A DNA stretch of 64,000 nucleotides from an uncultured Candidatus Saccharibacteria bacterium (lineage in GTDB: Bacteria; Patescibacteriota; Minisyncoccia; UBA6257; 2-01-FULL-56-20), in the NCBI GenBank assembly GCA_964360585.1, contig CAYHXC010000001.1, positions 21,907 to 85,906 of the forward strand. The letters are read 5' to 3'. How positions within the stretch are numbered: the first letter of the stretch is position 1; each line of letters starts with the position of its first letter. Below are positions 1 to 8,730 of the stretch, piece after piece. The notes under the pieces were generated by a model that had not been told where the DNA came from, searched no databases, and worked only from the letters and a program-made list of their open reading frames with translations. The translations under genes and the position numbers were made by a program.

Positions 1-467
1 CTACTTCCGCCACTTCCTTCGTCGCCATCACTTTCGCCATAGCGCAGACCCAATGTTTTTATGTTCCCTAAAACCGATTGGATCAGAACATCATCCTTGA
101 TCTTAAAATTTACGAAAGGACCGATGGCTTCAGCTGGTTGCCTCGAAGAACTCGTGTCTTTATTTAAAATATCGACAACTCGATTAACCAACGTCTTCAG
201 ATTTTTTTCACCGACGACGTTCCCAAGTTTAAAAACAGAAAAAGCGAGATCAAATGAAACATGTCCCGGCGGCAATTCGAGTTGAATCGCACTTTCCACT
301 TCATTCTTATTTCCAAATTCACCGAGAAGCGTCTCGACAATTTCTTTTTTAATGCGATAGAGAGTATATCCTTCGAGCGTCGCGCGAGTACTCGCTGGCT
401 CCATTAGTTTTTCCTCCACAGCCCGAAGTTCAATCTCGTTATTCTTTTTATACTCTTCAAAGTCCAT
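1..467 (-). CDS. argS: Arginyl-tRNA synthetase, N-terminal fragment (gene continues beyond the window edge)
   Basis: Hand-translated minus strand from 467 gives MDFEEYKK...ELPPGHVSFDLAFSVFKLG...AIGPFVNFKIKDDVL. This resembles the ArgRS N-terminal domain (PxxGDxA...AGPGFINF pattern). The catalytic core is not in the window. Confidence 0.4.
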   Translation of the reverse strand, partial: MDFEEYKKNNEIELRAVEEKLMEPASTRATLEGYTLYRIKKEIVETLLGEFGNKNEVESAIQLELPPGHVSFDLAFSVFKLGNVVGEKNLKTLVNRVVDILNKDTSSSRQPAEAIGPFVNFKIKDDVLIQSVLGNIKTLGLRYGESDGDEGSGGS

Positions 468-1259
468 TTACGGTGTTGCAACAATCGCCCGAATAACTTT
501 TTTAGTTTCCTCGGGACCAGACACCTGGATGTACTCCACCCCGGCCTCTACCGCCGCGTAATCATTCCCGCCAGGATAGATAGCGTCGCCGATAAAAAGC
601 ATTTCCGGAATCTGTATTTTCAACTCCTCTCCGATCTTCTTAATGCCGTAGGCCTTATCAATGCCTTTTCTCGTCACATCAATCGTCGTAATCCCTCCCA
701 GCCGCACCTCAAAGTCAGGTAGATATTTTGCTACACGATTACACATATCAATTCGAAGTGGATTGTGGGCCGCCTTCCACTTCTCTTTTTCCGGCGGCGG
801 TGCTTTTTGTCCAAGCGGCGAAAAGGAAACTTGGGTAAGCCGATCTTCAAGGTCGATACCATACATGGTTTCTGGACGTTGATAGTTAATATCCGCGAAA
901 ACCTTCTTAAACGCCTCTATGATTTTCTTTCTCTCCTCTTCACTCAATGCTTCCTCATAAACCTTCATCCACAAACCATCTTGCGAACGATAAAAAACAG
1001 TGGAGCATGTTGGAAATAAATAGAGATGCTCAATCGTTTTCGCCGGATAACGGGCAATTGCGAGAAACTGGGTTTCGAACTGACCAAAGTGACCGCCGGA
1101 GATAATCGCGACCATTTTTGTCTCCAGCAGTTTTCCAAGAAGATCCATCATCTCCTGATCCATTGGCGACTTACTGACCGTCAACGTCCCGTCCAAATCA
1201 AAAATAATAAGCTTTTTATCGGCGTAGCGCGCCCCAAGATCAGCCATAGAAGTATTCAT
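468..1259 (-). CDS. HAD-superfamily hydrolase, subfamily IIB (phosphomannomutase/Cof-like)
   Basis: 263-aa ORF. Motif I LIIFDLDGTLT near the N-terminus and a C-terminal FIGDAIYPGGNDYAA motif, typical of eukaryotic-type PMM / HAD-IIB. Confidence 0.6.
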   Translation of the reverse strand: MNTSMADLGARYADKKLIIFDLDGTLTVSKSPMDQEMMDLLGKLLETKMVAIISGGHFGQFETQFLAIARYPAKTIEHLYLFPTCSTVFYRSQDGLWMKVYEEALSEEERKKIIEAFKKVFADINYQRPETMYGIDLEDRLTQVSFSPLGQKAPPPEKEKWKAAHNPLRIDMCNRVAKYLPDFEVRLGGITTIDVTRKGIDKAYGIKKIGEELKIQIPEMLFIGDAIYPGGNDYAAVEAGVEYIQVSGPEETKKVIRAIVATP

Positions 1260-1284
1260 GAATCATACCAGCCGGAACCCCACT

Positions 1285-1360
1285 AATCAATCTTTCGACT
1301 ACGCTCAAGATAAATCCCTTCGACAGGTTCGACAAGCTCACCGCAAACAAGCTCAGGGTA
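1285..1360. repeat. Two tandem copies of a ~25-nt dispersed motif (minus-strand form GUUUAYCCUGAGC..GUCGAAGG)
   Basis: Plus strand reads ttcgactacgctcaagataaatccc and ttcgacaagctcaccgcaaacaagctcagggtaaac. These match three copies inside the rnpB locus (17418-17455, 17708-17745, 17851-17880). Confidence 0.4.
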
Positions 1361-1554
1361 AACAAAAAACCCCGCTCAACGAGGTTTTCTGGCATCCCGA
1401 GAAGACAACCCAGCCCATAGCTAGGTGGGTGGGCTCAACCTCTTGTACCCCGGACGAACCAGCGGTAGCGAAGCACTTTGCCCTCCCTAAATGTAAAAGA
1501 TCTGGATCTTCTACGGGATAACCTCATTATACCAAATCAACTTATGAAGAAAAG

Positions 1555-2139
1555 ATGATTGCGCTGATTGAGACGTGTACGCTGTGGTATTATGGAGAAA
1601 TGACCAAGTTATCCATCCTATCCTTAGTTATTCTTATTGCCGCCCTTATGGTTGGCTACTCCTTTATAACCCAGGTATCCTCACCACCTAAGCCGATTGC
1701 CTGCACCGAAGAAGCAATGCTCTGTCCGGATGGTTCGTCTGTTGGTCGAACTGGTCCACGGTGCGAGTTCGCCGAATGCCCCGCCGTTTCCTCTTCGACG
1801 ACACCAACTTCCACTTCCACCGGACAAAGCGGCATTCGCGGTATGGTCCTCCTCGGACCAATCTGTCCGGTCGAACGTATCCCGCCGGATCCAAAATGCG
1901 CCGCTAAGCCCTACGGAACAACCCTCGTCCTCACCTCTCCCGATCAGGCCCGCGTGATTAAAACGTTCAGCTCTGATCAGAACGGAAAGTTCGTGATTCA
2001 AATCGCGCCAGGCGACTACGCCATCCGATCGGCCGCGGCGGCCAATATTCTGCCCTACTGCGCCAGCAACGACACAATTCACGTCAGCCCCGGCATCCTC
2101 ACTGAAGTAAACGTAAGCTGCGATACGGGAATTAGATAA
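1555..2139 (+). CDS. Hypothetical secreted/membrane-anchored protein with N-terminal hydrophobic segment and cysteine pairs
   Basis: 194-aa ORF with an N-terminal TM/signal segment. No family recognised. Confidence 0.4.
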   Translation: MIALIETCTLWYYGEMTKLSILSLVILIAALMVGYSFITQVSSPPKPIACTEEAMLCPDGSSVGRTGPRCEFAECPAVSSSTTPTSTSTGQSGIRGMVLLGPICPVERIPPDPKCAAKPYGTTLVLTSPDQARVIKTFSSDQNGKFVIQIAPGDYAIRSAAAANILPYCASNDTIHVSPGILTEVNVSCDTGIR

Positions 2140-2165
2140 CCCCCTTCCCCTCCACAGTGGGCAAA

Positions 2166-2192
2166 GCTAATAAAAATGACCCGGAGAGGGTC
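2166..2192. terminator. Rho-independent terminator hairpin (tgacccggagagggtca + T-run)
   Basis: Perfect 6-bp stem followed by ttttatttct, immediately after the 1555..2139 ORF. Confidence 0.5.
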
Positions 2193-2352
2193 ATTTTTAT
2201 TTCTAACGCTTGGCCCACTGTGGAGTCGCTACGCTCCTTAGAAACCCTCGGTTTCTAAACGTCCTCGCTTTTTGCTCGGACTATTTCCTACACGGGGAGA
2301 GGCTCATTTCCCGCCCCTCCCCGGCCCCCTCCCTCTCCGCAATAGGCCAAAT

Positions 2353-2380
2353 CAAAAACCGCCCAGAGGCGGTTTTTGAT
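2353..2380. terminator. Bidirectional terminator hairpin (aaaaccgcc cagag gcggtttt)
   Basis: 9-bp stem with A/T runs on both sides, directly downstream of rpsI on the minus strand. Confidence 0.55.
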
Positions 2381-2384
2381 TACT

Positions 2385-2810
2385 CTATCGCTTGGCCCAT
2401 TGCGGAGCACGGCGGGCTTTCTTCAAGCCATACTTCTTGCGCTCTACCATACGAGGATCGCGCGTAGTGAATCCTAGGGCTCGCAAACGAGGCTTCAGGG
2501 CCTCATCGGAAACAATCAAAGCGCGAGCGACGCCATGACGAACCGCCTCCGCCTGAGCGGCAATACCTCCGCCGGAAACATGCGCATCAACGCCATACTT
2601 TCCCAAAAGCTGAAGATCGTTCAACGAAGATTCGGCCACAGTCTGCAATTTCTTGAGCGGGAAATAGTCGGCTACTTTTTTGTCATTAATAGAAAACTTC
2701 GTCCCCTCTTTGGTAATGCGAACCCGAGCGACGGCAGTTTTTCTCCGGCCAATGCCTTCAAAATACTTGTGGCTGACTTTGGCTGATTTTTTTGTTTCTT
2801 GTTTAACCAT
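2385..2810 (-). CDS. rpsI: 30S ribosomal protein S9
   Basis: 141 aa, ends ...KKARRAPQWAKR, the classic S9 C-terminus. Confidence 0.9.
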   Translation of the reverse strand: MVKQETKKSAKVSHKYFEGIGRRKTAVARVRITKEGTKFSINDKKVADYFPLKKLQTVAESSLNDLQLLGKYGVDAHVSGGGIAAQAEAVRHGVARALIVSDEALKPRLRALGFTTRDPRMVERKKYGLKKARRAPQWAKR

Positions 2811-2811
2811 A

Positions 2812-3201
2812 TTACTTTGCAGATTTTATTTCCTCACGGTCGACAAAAACCAGATTCTTGAGCCGTGGCTGATTGATAAAATTCTTCGGCAGCATGTGAC
2901 GGACGGTTTCTCGGATAACTTTCTTCGGATCGCGCGTGAAAGCTTCCTCAAACGTCAGACTCTTCAGGTGTCCCATATAGCCAGTGTGACGGTAATAGAC
3001 CTTATCTTTGAATTTCTTGCCGCCGATGGTGACTTTGTCCCAGTTTTTTAAAATAACCCGATCAACGCTCACTTTATGCGGTGCATAGTCCGCGCTTTTT
3101 TTACCCTGAAGAATCACGGCGATCTCCGAGGCCAGGCGTCCAAATCTTTTGTTTTCCGCATCAATATGGTGATCTGCCATTTTTCTCTTAATTTTTAGCA
3201 A
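2812..3201 (-). CDS. rplM: 50S ribosomal protein L13
   Basis: 129 aa, L13-like sequence directly upstream of rpsI. The rplM-rpsI pairing is conserved. Confidence 0.9.
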   Translation of the reverse strand: MLKIKRKMADHHIDAENKRFGRLASEIAVILQGKKSADYAPHKVSVDRVILKNWDKVTIGGKKFKDKVYYRHTGYMGHLKSLTFEEAFTRDPKKVIRETVRHMLPKNFINQPRLKNLVFVDREEIKSAK

Positions 3202-3391
3202 AAAAATTAGCTAGAAAACTGAGCATCCCGCTCCAGTTCTCGGGAACATTTTGGGTAGTAAAAGGGTTGGCGCGGAATGCCGGCTTCGCCTTTGATTGTG
3301 TGGGTATGAGATTCGTCATAGGAACTGGGGCGGGATAAAGGTTTGGTGATGCAAAATAGTACACTATTCGTTTATATTTTTCAACCAAGCC

Positions 3392-3745
3392 CTATACAAA
3401 CTCTATCGTCACCAGCACGGAGGCATCGCGGCGACGAACTTTGGCTGACTTTTTAATCCGCAGATACCCGCCTTTCCGGTCGGCATACCGAGGAGACAGA
3501 ACCTCAAACACCTTGTGGGCCATCCGTTCGTTGTGCAGGCGCTGAATTAAGAGCCGTCGAGCGGCGAGCGTTTGCTTCTTCCCCATGGTAACCAACTTCT
3601 CAACCTGCGGACGAATTTCCTTAGCGCGGGCTTCGGTCGTCTCGATGCTCTCATGACGCACCAAATTATTCACCAGGTTTCTCAAAAATGGCGCTCGCTT
3701 CGAGGCAATGCGATGAAATTTTCTGCCGCGCTTTCGGTGCTGCAT
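3392..3745 (-). CDS. rplQ: 50S ribosomal protein L17
   Basis: 117 aa, MQHRKRGRKF...GYLRIKK, L17 family. Follows rpoA as in the alpha operon. Confidence 0.9.
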   Translation of the reverse strand: MQHRKRGRKFHRIASKRAPFLRNLVNNLVRHESIETTEARAKEIRPQVEKLVTMGKKQTLAARRLLIQRLHNERMAHKVFEVLSPRYADRKGGYLRIKKSAKVRRRDASVLVTIEFV

Positions 3746-3748
3746 GTT

Positions 3749-4510
3749 TTAAGCTGATTTCTTTTTAGTAGTTTTCTTTTTAGCCTCCTTCACCACTGCG
3801 GTGATCTCAAATGACTGCTCCGGAACCTGGGCTACCTTCTCGAAGTGATCCCGCAAAACATTCGAAGCTTTGTGGAGCGCTGAAGAAGGGCTCAAAGTGC
3901 CGTCAGTTTCCACTTCTAAATGGAGTTTGTTGTAATCAGTCCGTTCGCCAACACGCATGTCCTGAATGACATAGTTCACTTTCGTGACTGGCGAGAAGAA
4001 AGCATCCAGGGCGATCACCCCAATACCCAACTTTTCTCGCTTTCGTGATTCAACAGCGGAGTAACCCAAACCGCGCTCAACAGTCACTTCAAGTTCGAGA
4101 ACGCTCGATTTTCCGGTCAAAGTGGCAATCGGCGCATCCGGATTAATGATCTCCACTTCGGCGTTGGTTTCAAAGTCGCGGGCGGTAATCGCCGTCTCTC
4201 CTTTGGCGCTCAAGAGCAATACTTGCGGCTCGTCCGTGTGGACGCGGAACCGGAGTTGTTTCAAATTCAGACTCATTTCAATCACATCCTCCTTCACGCC
4301 CGGCAGGGTTGAAAACTCATGGGACACGCCTTTCACCTTAAACTGCGTCACGGCGGCGCCTGGCAAAGAAGAAAGCAAAGCCCGACGGAGAGCGTTTCCG
4401 ACCGTTAAGCCATAACCCGAATACAATCCTTCGACTTCAAAGACACCTTGGCGCGCGTCCTCGGAGATAACCTTGATTGAAACTGCTTCGCTTAAATGAG
4501 TAATTTTCAT
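3749..4510 (-). CDS. rpoA: DNA-directed RNA polymerase alpha subunit, N-terminal domain only (no recognisable alpha-CTD)
   Basis: 253 aa. The alpha-NTD dimerisation/assembly region is recognisable. The C-terminus is a Lys-rich tail (KEAKKKTTKKKSA) in place of the ~80-aa CTD. Confidence 0.8.
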   Translation of the reverse strand: MKITHLSEAVSIKVISEDARQGVFEVEGLYSGYGLTVGNALRRALLSSLPGAAVTQFKVKGVSHEFSTLPGVKEDVIEMSLNLKQLRFRVHTDEPQVLLLSAKGETAITARDFETNAEVEIINPDAPIATLTGKSSVLELEVTVERGLGYSAVESRKREKLGIGVIALDAFFSPVTKVNYVIQDMRVGERTDYNKLHLEVETDGTLSPSSALHKASNVLRDHFEKVAQVPEQSFEITAVVKEAKKKTTKKKSA

Positions 4511-4526
4511 AGGTATAAATTCGACG

Positions 4527-5150
4527 CTATTTTGTAAATGACTGCACGAGCAAACTCACATCAAAACGCTGTTCCAAATCGGCCGGCGCGTTTAACACTT
4601 CGCCAGTAATTTTATTGGTATTGAACGACAACCAGGTCGGTCGGTCTTTTTTCTCGAGCGCCTCTTTGCCGTCCTTAATTAATCTGGCCATCGCTTTCGA
4701 TCCTTGGCGGAAACCAATCACATCGCCCTTCTCGACCAGAACACTCGGTGTTCTTGTATTCTTGCCGTTAATCGTAATATGTCCCTGGCTGACCATCTGT
4801 CGGGCGGCGGCGCGCGACGGCGCAAAACCGAGACGGAAAATAGTGTTGTCCAAACGACGTTCCAAAAGCTCCAAAAGCTTGTGGGCGGTTGGGGCTTTGT
4901 CCTGGTGAGCAATCTCAAAAAGACGGCGAAGGGCTTTGTCGGTTAAACCATAACTCACTTTAAATTTCTGTTTCTCGCGAATCTGGCGGCCAAAGTCAGA
5001 CACTTTTCGCGGGCGTGAAGGATTCGGACCGTGCGCTCCCGGCGGATAGGGTTTTCGCAAAGCCGCGCATTTCGGCGACAAACACCGATCCCCTTTCAAG
5101 TGGAGACTTTCGCCCAAAAACCGTTCTCTTTTTTCTTTAGCTTTAATCAT
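4527..5150 (-). CDS. rpsD: 30S ribosomal protein S4
   Basis: 207 aa, S4 N-terminal Cys motif (CLSPKCAALRKP) and S4 RNA-binding domain. Confidence 0.9.
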   Translation of the reverse strand: MIKAKEKRERFLGESLHLKGDRCLSPKCAALRKPYPPGAHGPNPSRPRKVSDFGRQIREKQKFKVSYGLTDKALRRLFEIAHQDKAPTAHKLLELLERRLDNTIFRLGFAPSRAAARQMVSQGHITINGKNTRTPSVLVEKGDVIGFRQGSKAMARLIKDGKEALEKKDRPTWLSFNTNKITGEVLNAPADLEQRFDVSLLVQSFTK

Positions 5151-5263
5151 GAGAGTAATCGCTAATAATGCGAATGGATGTAAATAATGCTAATTCTTGG
5201 TGCTTAGTTCTTGGCATTTTATTCGCGTTATTTGTAGAAATTGGCATTATTCGTGATACCTTG

Positions 5264-5707
5264 TTAAACGCGGCGCACTTTTCGCGGACGCGGACCGTTG
5301 TGGGCAACCGGCGTGGCATCGCGAATGGAAACAATATTGAAACCGTGGTTCGGAAGCGATCGAACAGCCGAATCGCGTCCACTGCCGATGCCTTTCACGA
5401 TAACCTGGACATCAACCGGACCGGTGTTCTTCAGACGCTCGGCTAAGGCGGCGATAATCTTCGAAGAGGCAAATGGCGTGGCTTTCTTCGGGCCGGAAAA
5501 ACCAAGCGCGCCGGATGAGGCCCAGGCTAAGACCTCACCCTTCGAGTCGGTCACGGTAATCATGGTGTTGTTGTAGGATGCGTTGATATAAACGCGGCCC
5601 TCCTGGACTTTACGGGCTTTCCCCTTGCCCGAAGCGCCGCTTCGAACAGCCGCATCTTTCACGGCTGGATCGTCTCCTGATTTTGAAATGACTTTTTTCT
5701 TTCCCAT
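5264..5707 (-). CDS. rpsK: 30S ribosomal protein S11
   Basis: 147 aa, ...GRVYINASYNNTMITVTD...GSGRDSAVRSL..., S11 signature. Confidence 0.9.
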   Translation of the reverse strand: MGKKKVISKSGDDPAVKDAAVRSGASGKGKARKVQEGRVYINASYNNTMITVTDSKGEVLAWASSGALGFSGPKKATPFASSKIIAALAERLKNTGPVDVQVIVKGIGSGRDSAVRSLPNHGFNIVSIRDATPVAHNGPRPRKVRRV

Positions 5708-5947
5708 GTGCCAAATTTATATAAATTTACGAGCTGGTACAGCGAAGTCAAATGTATTGCTAAATTTGAGCATCCCCCCACCAACCTTTATGACGACTAA
5801 GTGTATCAGAAATCGGAGGCGTAAGCCGACACTGTGTGTCAGTCTATGGGTATACCAAAGACTAGTCACGAGGTTGGTAGGGGGATAACGGTTTTCTAGA
5901 TAAATTTTATTCATAATTATAAGGTAGGAAAATGTATAGAAAACTCG

Positions 5948-6331
5948 TTATTTCAGATCAACTTTTCTCTTACCACTGCCGGCGGTCTTACGGACGTTAC
6001 CGCGAACCGTTCGGGAATTGGTTTTGGTGCGCTGGCCATGGACCGGCAAACGACGGGCGTGTCGAGAACCGCGATAACTGCCAATTTCTTTCAAAATCTG
6101 GATGTTGCGGCGAACCTGCTGGCGAAGATTACCTTCGACCGGAACATGCTTTTCGATATAGCTGATAATTTTGTTGGTTTCCTCGGCGGTCAGTTCTTTG
6201 GCTTTCTTGGTTGGCTTAATGCCGGAGTTCTTCAAAATATTTCCGCTCACAACCGGGCCGACGCCATAAATATACGTTAGGGCAACGTTTACAGATTTAT
6301 TGTCGGGGATGGTGACTCCAAGAATTCGCAT
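5948..6331 (-). CDS. rpsM: 30S ribosomal protein S13
   Basis: 127 aa, MRILGVTIP...GVGP...RGxRH pattern of S13. Confidence 0.9.
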   Translation of the reverse strand: MRILGVTIPDNKSVNVALTYIYGVGPVVSGNILKNSGIKPTKKAKELTAEETNKIISYIEKHVPVEGNLRQQVRRNIQILKEIGSYRGSRHARRLPVHGQRTKTNSRTVRGNVRKTAGSGKRKVDLK

Positions 6332-6430
6332 AATTTAAAATTAAAAATGTAAAGTTAAAAATTGAATGTATCCTGGCAAAATACCAGAGAAATCAGAATT
6401 TTTCATTTTGACTTTTGCCTTTTGCATTTT

Positions 6431-6544
6431 TTAGCCTTGTCGTTGTTTATGTTTCGGATTTTTGCAAACAACATACAACCGTCCGCCGCGACGGACAATT
6501 TTGCAATTTAAACACCGCTTCTTGATGGAAGAATGAACCTGCAT
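6431..6544 (-). CDS. rpmJ: 50S ribosomal protein L36
   Basis: Not in the ORF track because it is under 60 aa. Hand translation of the minus strand gives [37 protein letters not shown], a canonical L36 with its zinc-ribbon CxxC...C...H. Confidence 0.8.
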   Translation of the reverse strand: MQVHSSIKKRCLNCKIVRRGGRLYVVCKNPKHKQRQG

Positions 6545-6557
6545 GTCGTTGGTCAGC

Positions 6558-6779
6558 TTATAAACGTCTCACGATTCTCCCCCGATGACCATCAGGAGAT
6601 AATTCCAAGAGAACCTCATCGCCGGGTAAAACTTTGATGTGGTGGAGTTTCAGCTTACCGGCAAGATAAGCCAAGACTTCTCGGTCGTGATCAATAAGCT
6701 TAACTCGGAAAGAGAGTCCCGGAAGGGACTCTTCTACCTTGCCACGCTCACGACCAGCCTCTCTAGAGTTAGAAACCAT
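6558..6779 (-). CDS. infA: Translation initiation factor IF-1
   Basis: 73 aa, S1-like OB fold ending ...GRIVRRL. Sits between the upstream block and rpmJ as in the conserved infA-rpmJ-rpsM order. Confidence 0.75.
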   Translation of the reverse strand: MVSNSREAGRERGKVEESLPGLSFRVKLIDHDREVLAYLAGKLKLHHIKVLPGDEVLLELSPDGHRGRIVRRL

Positions 6780-6964
6780 CTATAAACAGTTCAAGGATTA
6801 TAACCGCAACTTTATATGTTTGTCAATCAGGTCGTGAAAGTTCGAACTATGCGAATAAGAACTGGTCACTTTGAAAGCAATGTATTCTAGTAATTTGTCT
6901 TATATTGCCCAGGAAAACGGATTCCCTCCTTCGAACTTCTACTTCCTGACAATCGGATTGGAGG

Positions 6965-8605
6965 CTAGTTCACAATGAGGGTAATATGGGCCGAATTTCC
7001 CGGAACCCGCCAGAGCCACGGCGGCCAGATGCCAATTTTAGCTTGCTCGAGGCCGGGAAGATTCGAGAGGATAGCCTGGGCTTCACTTAATGATTTTCCG
7101 GCCAACTGACCCCCCAAGGTCTTCTCATCCAACGGACTGACGAGGACTGCTTCGCTCTTCACACCCACACTCATCTTTCCGTTTACAAAATCCGGCTGGG
7201 CGTTGGAATAGGTTAAGGTAACGGTCTTAAAAACCTGATCGGCATTTGTTTCCTTCATCATACTCTCGAAAACTCGCTTCACATCTTCTTCTTTAAAGGC
7301 GATCACGGATAACTGGCCATCGCCCTGCACATTGAAATTCCCCTGCTCGTCAACGGCTTTATCTACGGCCAGCTTGGAAATCTGGACGGTTGAGGCCTCT
7401 TTTAAAATTTTCAACTCCTCTGGCACGCGGCGTCGGATATCAATGTCGAGCGAGGACTGAAGAATGCTTTTTGTTTTTTCTTCCGCTTTCGCGATGTCCT
7501 CGTCGGTCGGGTACGGCGCTTCGCCGATCACACCGCCTTTGGCTTTTTCTTTCATAACCGCATAAAAACCGTCGTAGCGCGGCGTTCCTTTGAACCCAAC
7601 GACGGTCATTTTGTCGAACGGACCAACATTATAATCGCTTCCTGCCTGATCGGCCGTAACCGTGGTATCGATGCCGACCGGCGTGATCTTTCCATTATCA
7701 AGCTTGGCTCCGGGAATGGTGATCTTGTTGTCAAGACGAAATATTTTGCCGTCAGGCGTGGCCAATCGCGTGGTGGCAACGAGGGTCTGCGGCGACGAGT
7801 CATAGGCATTATAGAGCGTCACTTTGGCCGTGGCCTTTTGGGTGGTTTGCTTCTTACCGGATGCTTTAAAGAACTGGACGGTGTTTTTCTTTTCCGTGAA
7901 AAGCGAGGCGGGCACAATCACACCCCCCGCGCGAGCGGCTGCCGGCGATTTATCGGCCACAATAACCACACTCGACTGCCACGGTGTTTTTTTCTGGGTA
8001 ATTGAAATATCGGCTCGTCCCAAAGCGCGGCTGCCGCCCCAAAGACCGACACCGAAAACGATCAGTCCGAGAACAATAATCCAGGTATATCGCCGGCGTT
8101 TTGGTTCCGGTTCAAACGAAATTGATTCTTCGCTCTCTTCCACTTCCTCATCCTCTCCTTCACCTATCGCGATCTCTTCTTTTTTCTTGGAGTGAAACCG
8201 GGCGCGCAACTTCATGAATCGCCGCCGCGGTTTTTCGGCAACTTTTTCCTCTCGTTCTTCCTCCACCTCTCCCTCAACTTCCTCCTCGGCTTCTTCCGCC
8301 TTTTTTACGTGGTGGCGCGGACGAATATCAGAAAGCATCTCACGCTTTTTCGCTCCCTCAAAAAGCGGATGGATCCGCTCCAGTCCCTGTTTTTCAGCCA
8401 GTCCCAAAATATGCTCATCAATTGATTCGATGATGAGTGTTTTTCCGGCCTCTTCGGCGTGCTTTTTTAAAAGATGAAGATGATTCCCCTCGCCCAACTT
8501 CGAGCCGCGAGGCACGACGAGCGTGATGACATCATAGGGTGCGTCCGCTACTTTTTCCGCGAGAATGGTGACGGTTTCTTTCTTATCAACAAATATTTTG
8601 AACAT
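6965..8605 (-). CDS. Hypothetical single-pass membrane protein with acidic Glu-rich linker and large extracytoplasmic domain
   Basis: 546 aa. N-terminal cytoplasmic domain, EEEVEGEVEEE low-complexity stretch, TM segment (WIIVLGLIVFGVGLWGG), then ~350 aa outside. No family recognised. Confidence 0.4.
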   Translation of the reverse strand: MFKIFVDKKETVTILAEKVADAPYDVITLVVPRGSKLGEGNHLHLLKKHAEEAGKTLIIESIDEHILGLAEKQGLERIHPLFEGAKKREMLSDIRPRHHVKKAEEAEEEVEGEVEEEREEKVAEKPRRRFMKLRARFHSKKKEEIAIGEGEDEEVEESEESISFEPEPKRRRYTWIIVLGLIVFGVGLWGGSRALGRADISITQKKTPWQSSVVIVADKSPAAARAGGVIVPASLFTEKKNTVQFFKASGKKQTTQKATAKVTLYNAYDSSPQTLVATTRLATPDGKIFRLDNKITIPGAKLDNGKITPVGIDTTVTADQAGSDYNVGPFDKMTVVGFKGTPRYDGFYAVMKEKAKGGVIGEAPYPTDEDIAKAEEKTKSILQSSLDIDIRRRVPEELKILKEASTVQISKLAVDKAVDEQGNFNVQGDGQLSVIAFKEEDVKRVFESMMKETNADQVFKTVTLTYSNAQPDFVNGKMSVGVKSEAVLVSPLDEKTLGGQLAGKSLSEAQAILSNLPGLEQAKIGIWPPWLWRVPGNSAHITLIVN

Positions 8606-8607
8606 GC

Positions 8608-8730
8608 CAGGTAGTGAAAATTCGACTAGGAATTGCGAGACTCTTTATCATGAAAATAGATACTGGTTTGGATCACAGCTTTGAATTATAAACTAAAAAA
8701 GGCATGCCCGTCGAATTTCTACTCCCTGGT
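8608..8730. mobile_element. MITE-like element, family C (TIR CCAGGTAGTGAAAATTCGAC / GTCGAATTTCTACTCCCTGG)
   Basis: ~20-bp imperfect terminal inverted repeats flank ~80 bp of AT-rich sequence. The same TIRs occur at 27694-27828 and 42378-42475. One TIR abuts the ATG of the 6965..8605 gene. Confidence 0.5.

Noticed and set aside
61-285. 74-aa plus-strand ORF at the window start
   Set aside because: It lies antisense inside the minus-strand ArgRS-like coding region, which has a much better protein signature. Its low-complexity translation and lack of motifs make it spurious.
1258-1521. 87-aa ORF translating through the FDYAQDK repeat region
   Set aside because: It is a read-through of a dispersed nucleotide repeat. 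The same motif gives FDFAQGKP-type pseudo-ORFs inside rnpB, so the DNA repeat explains it, not a protein.
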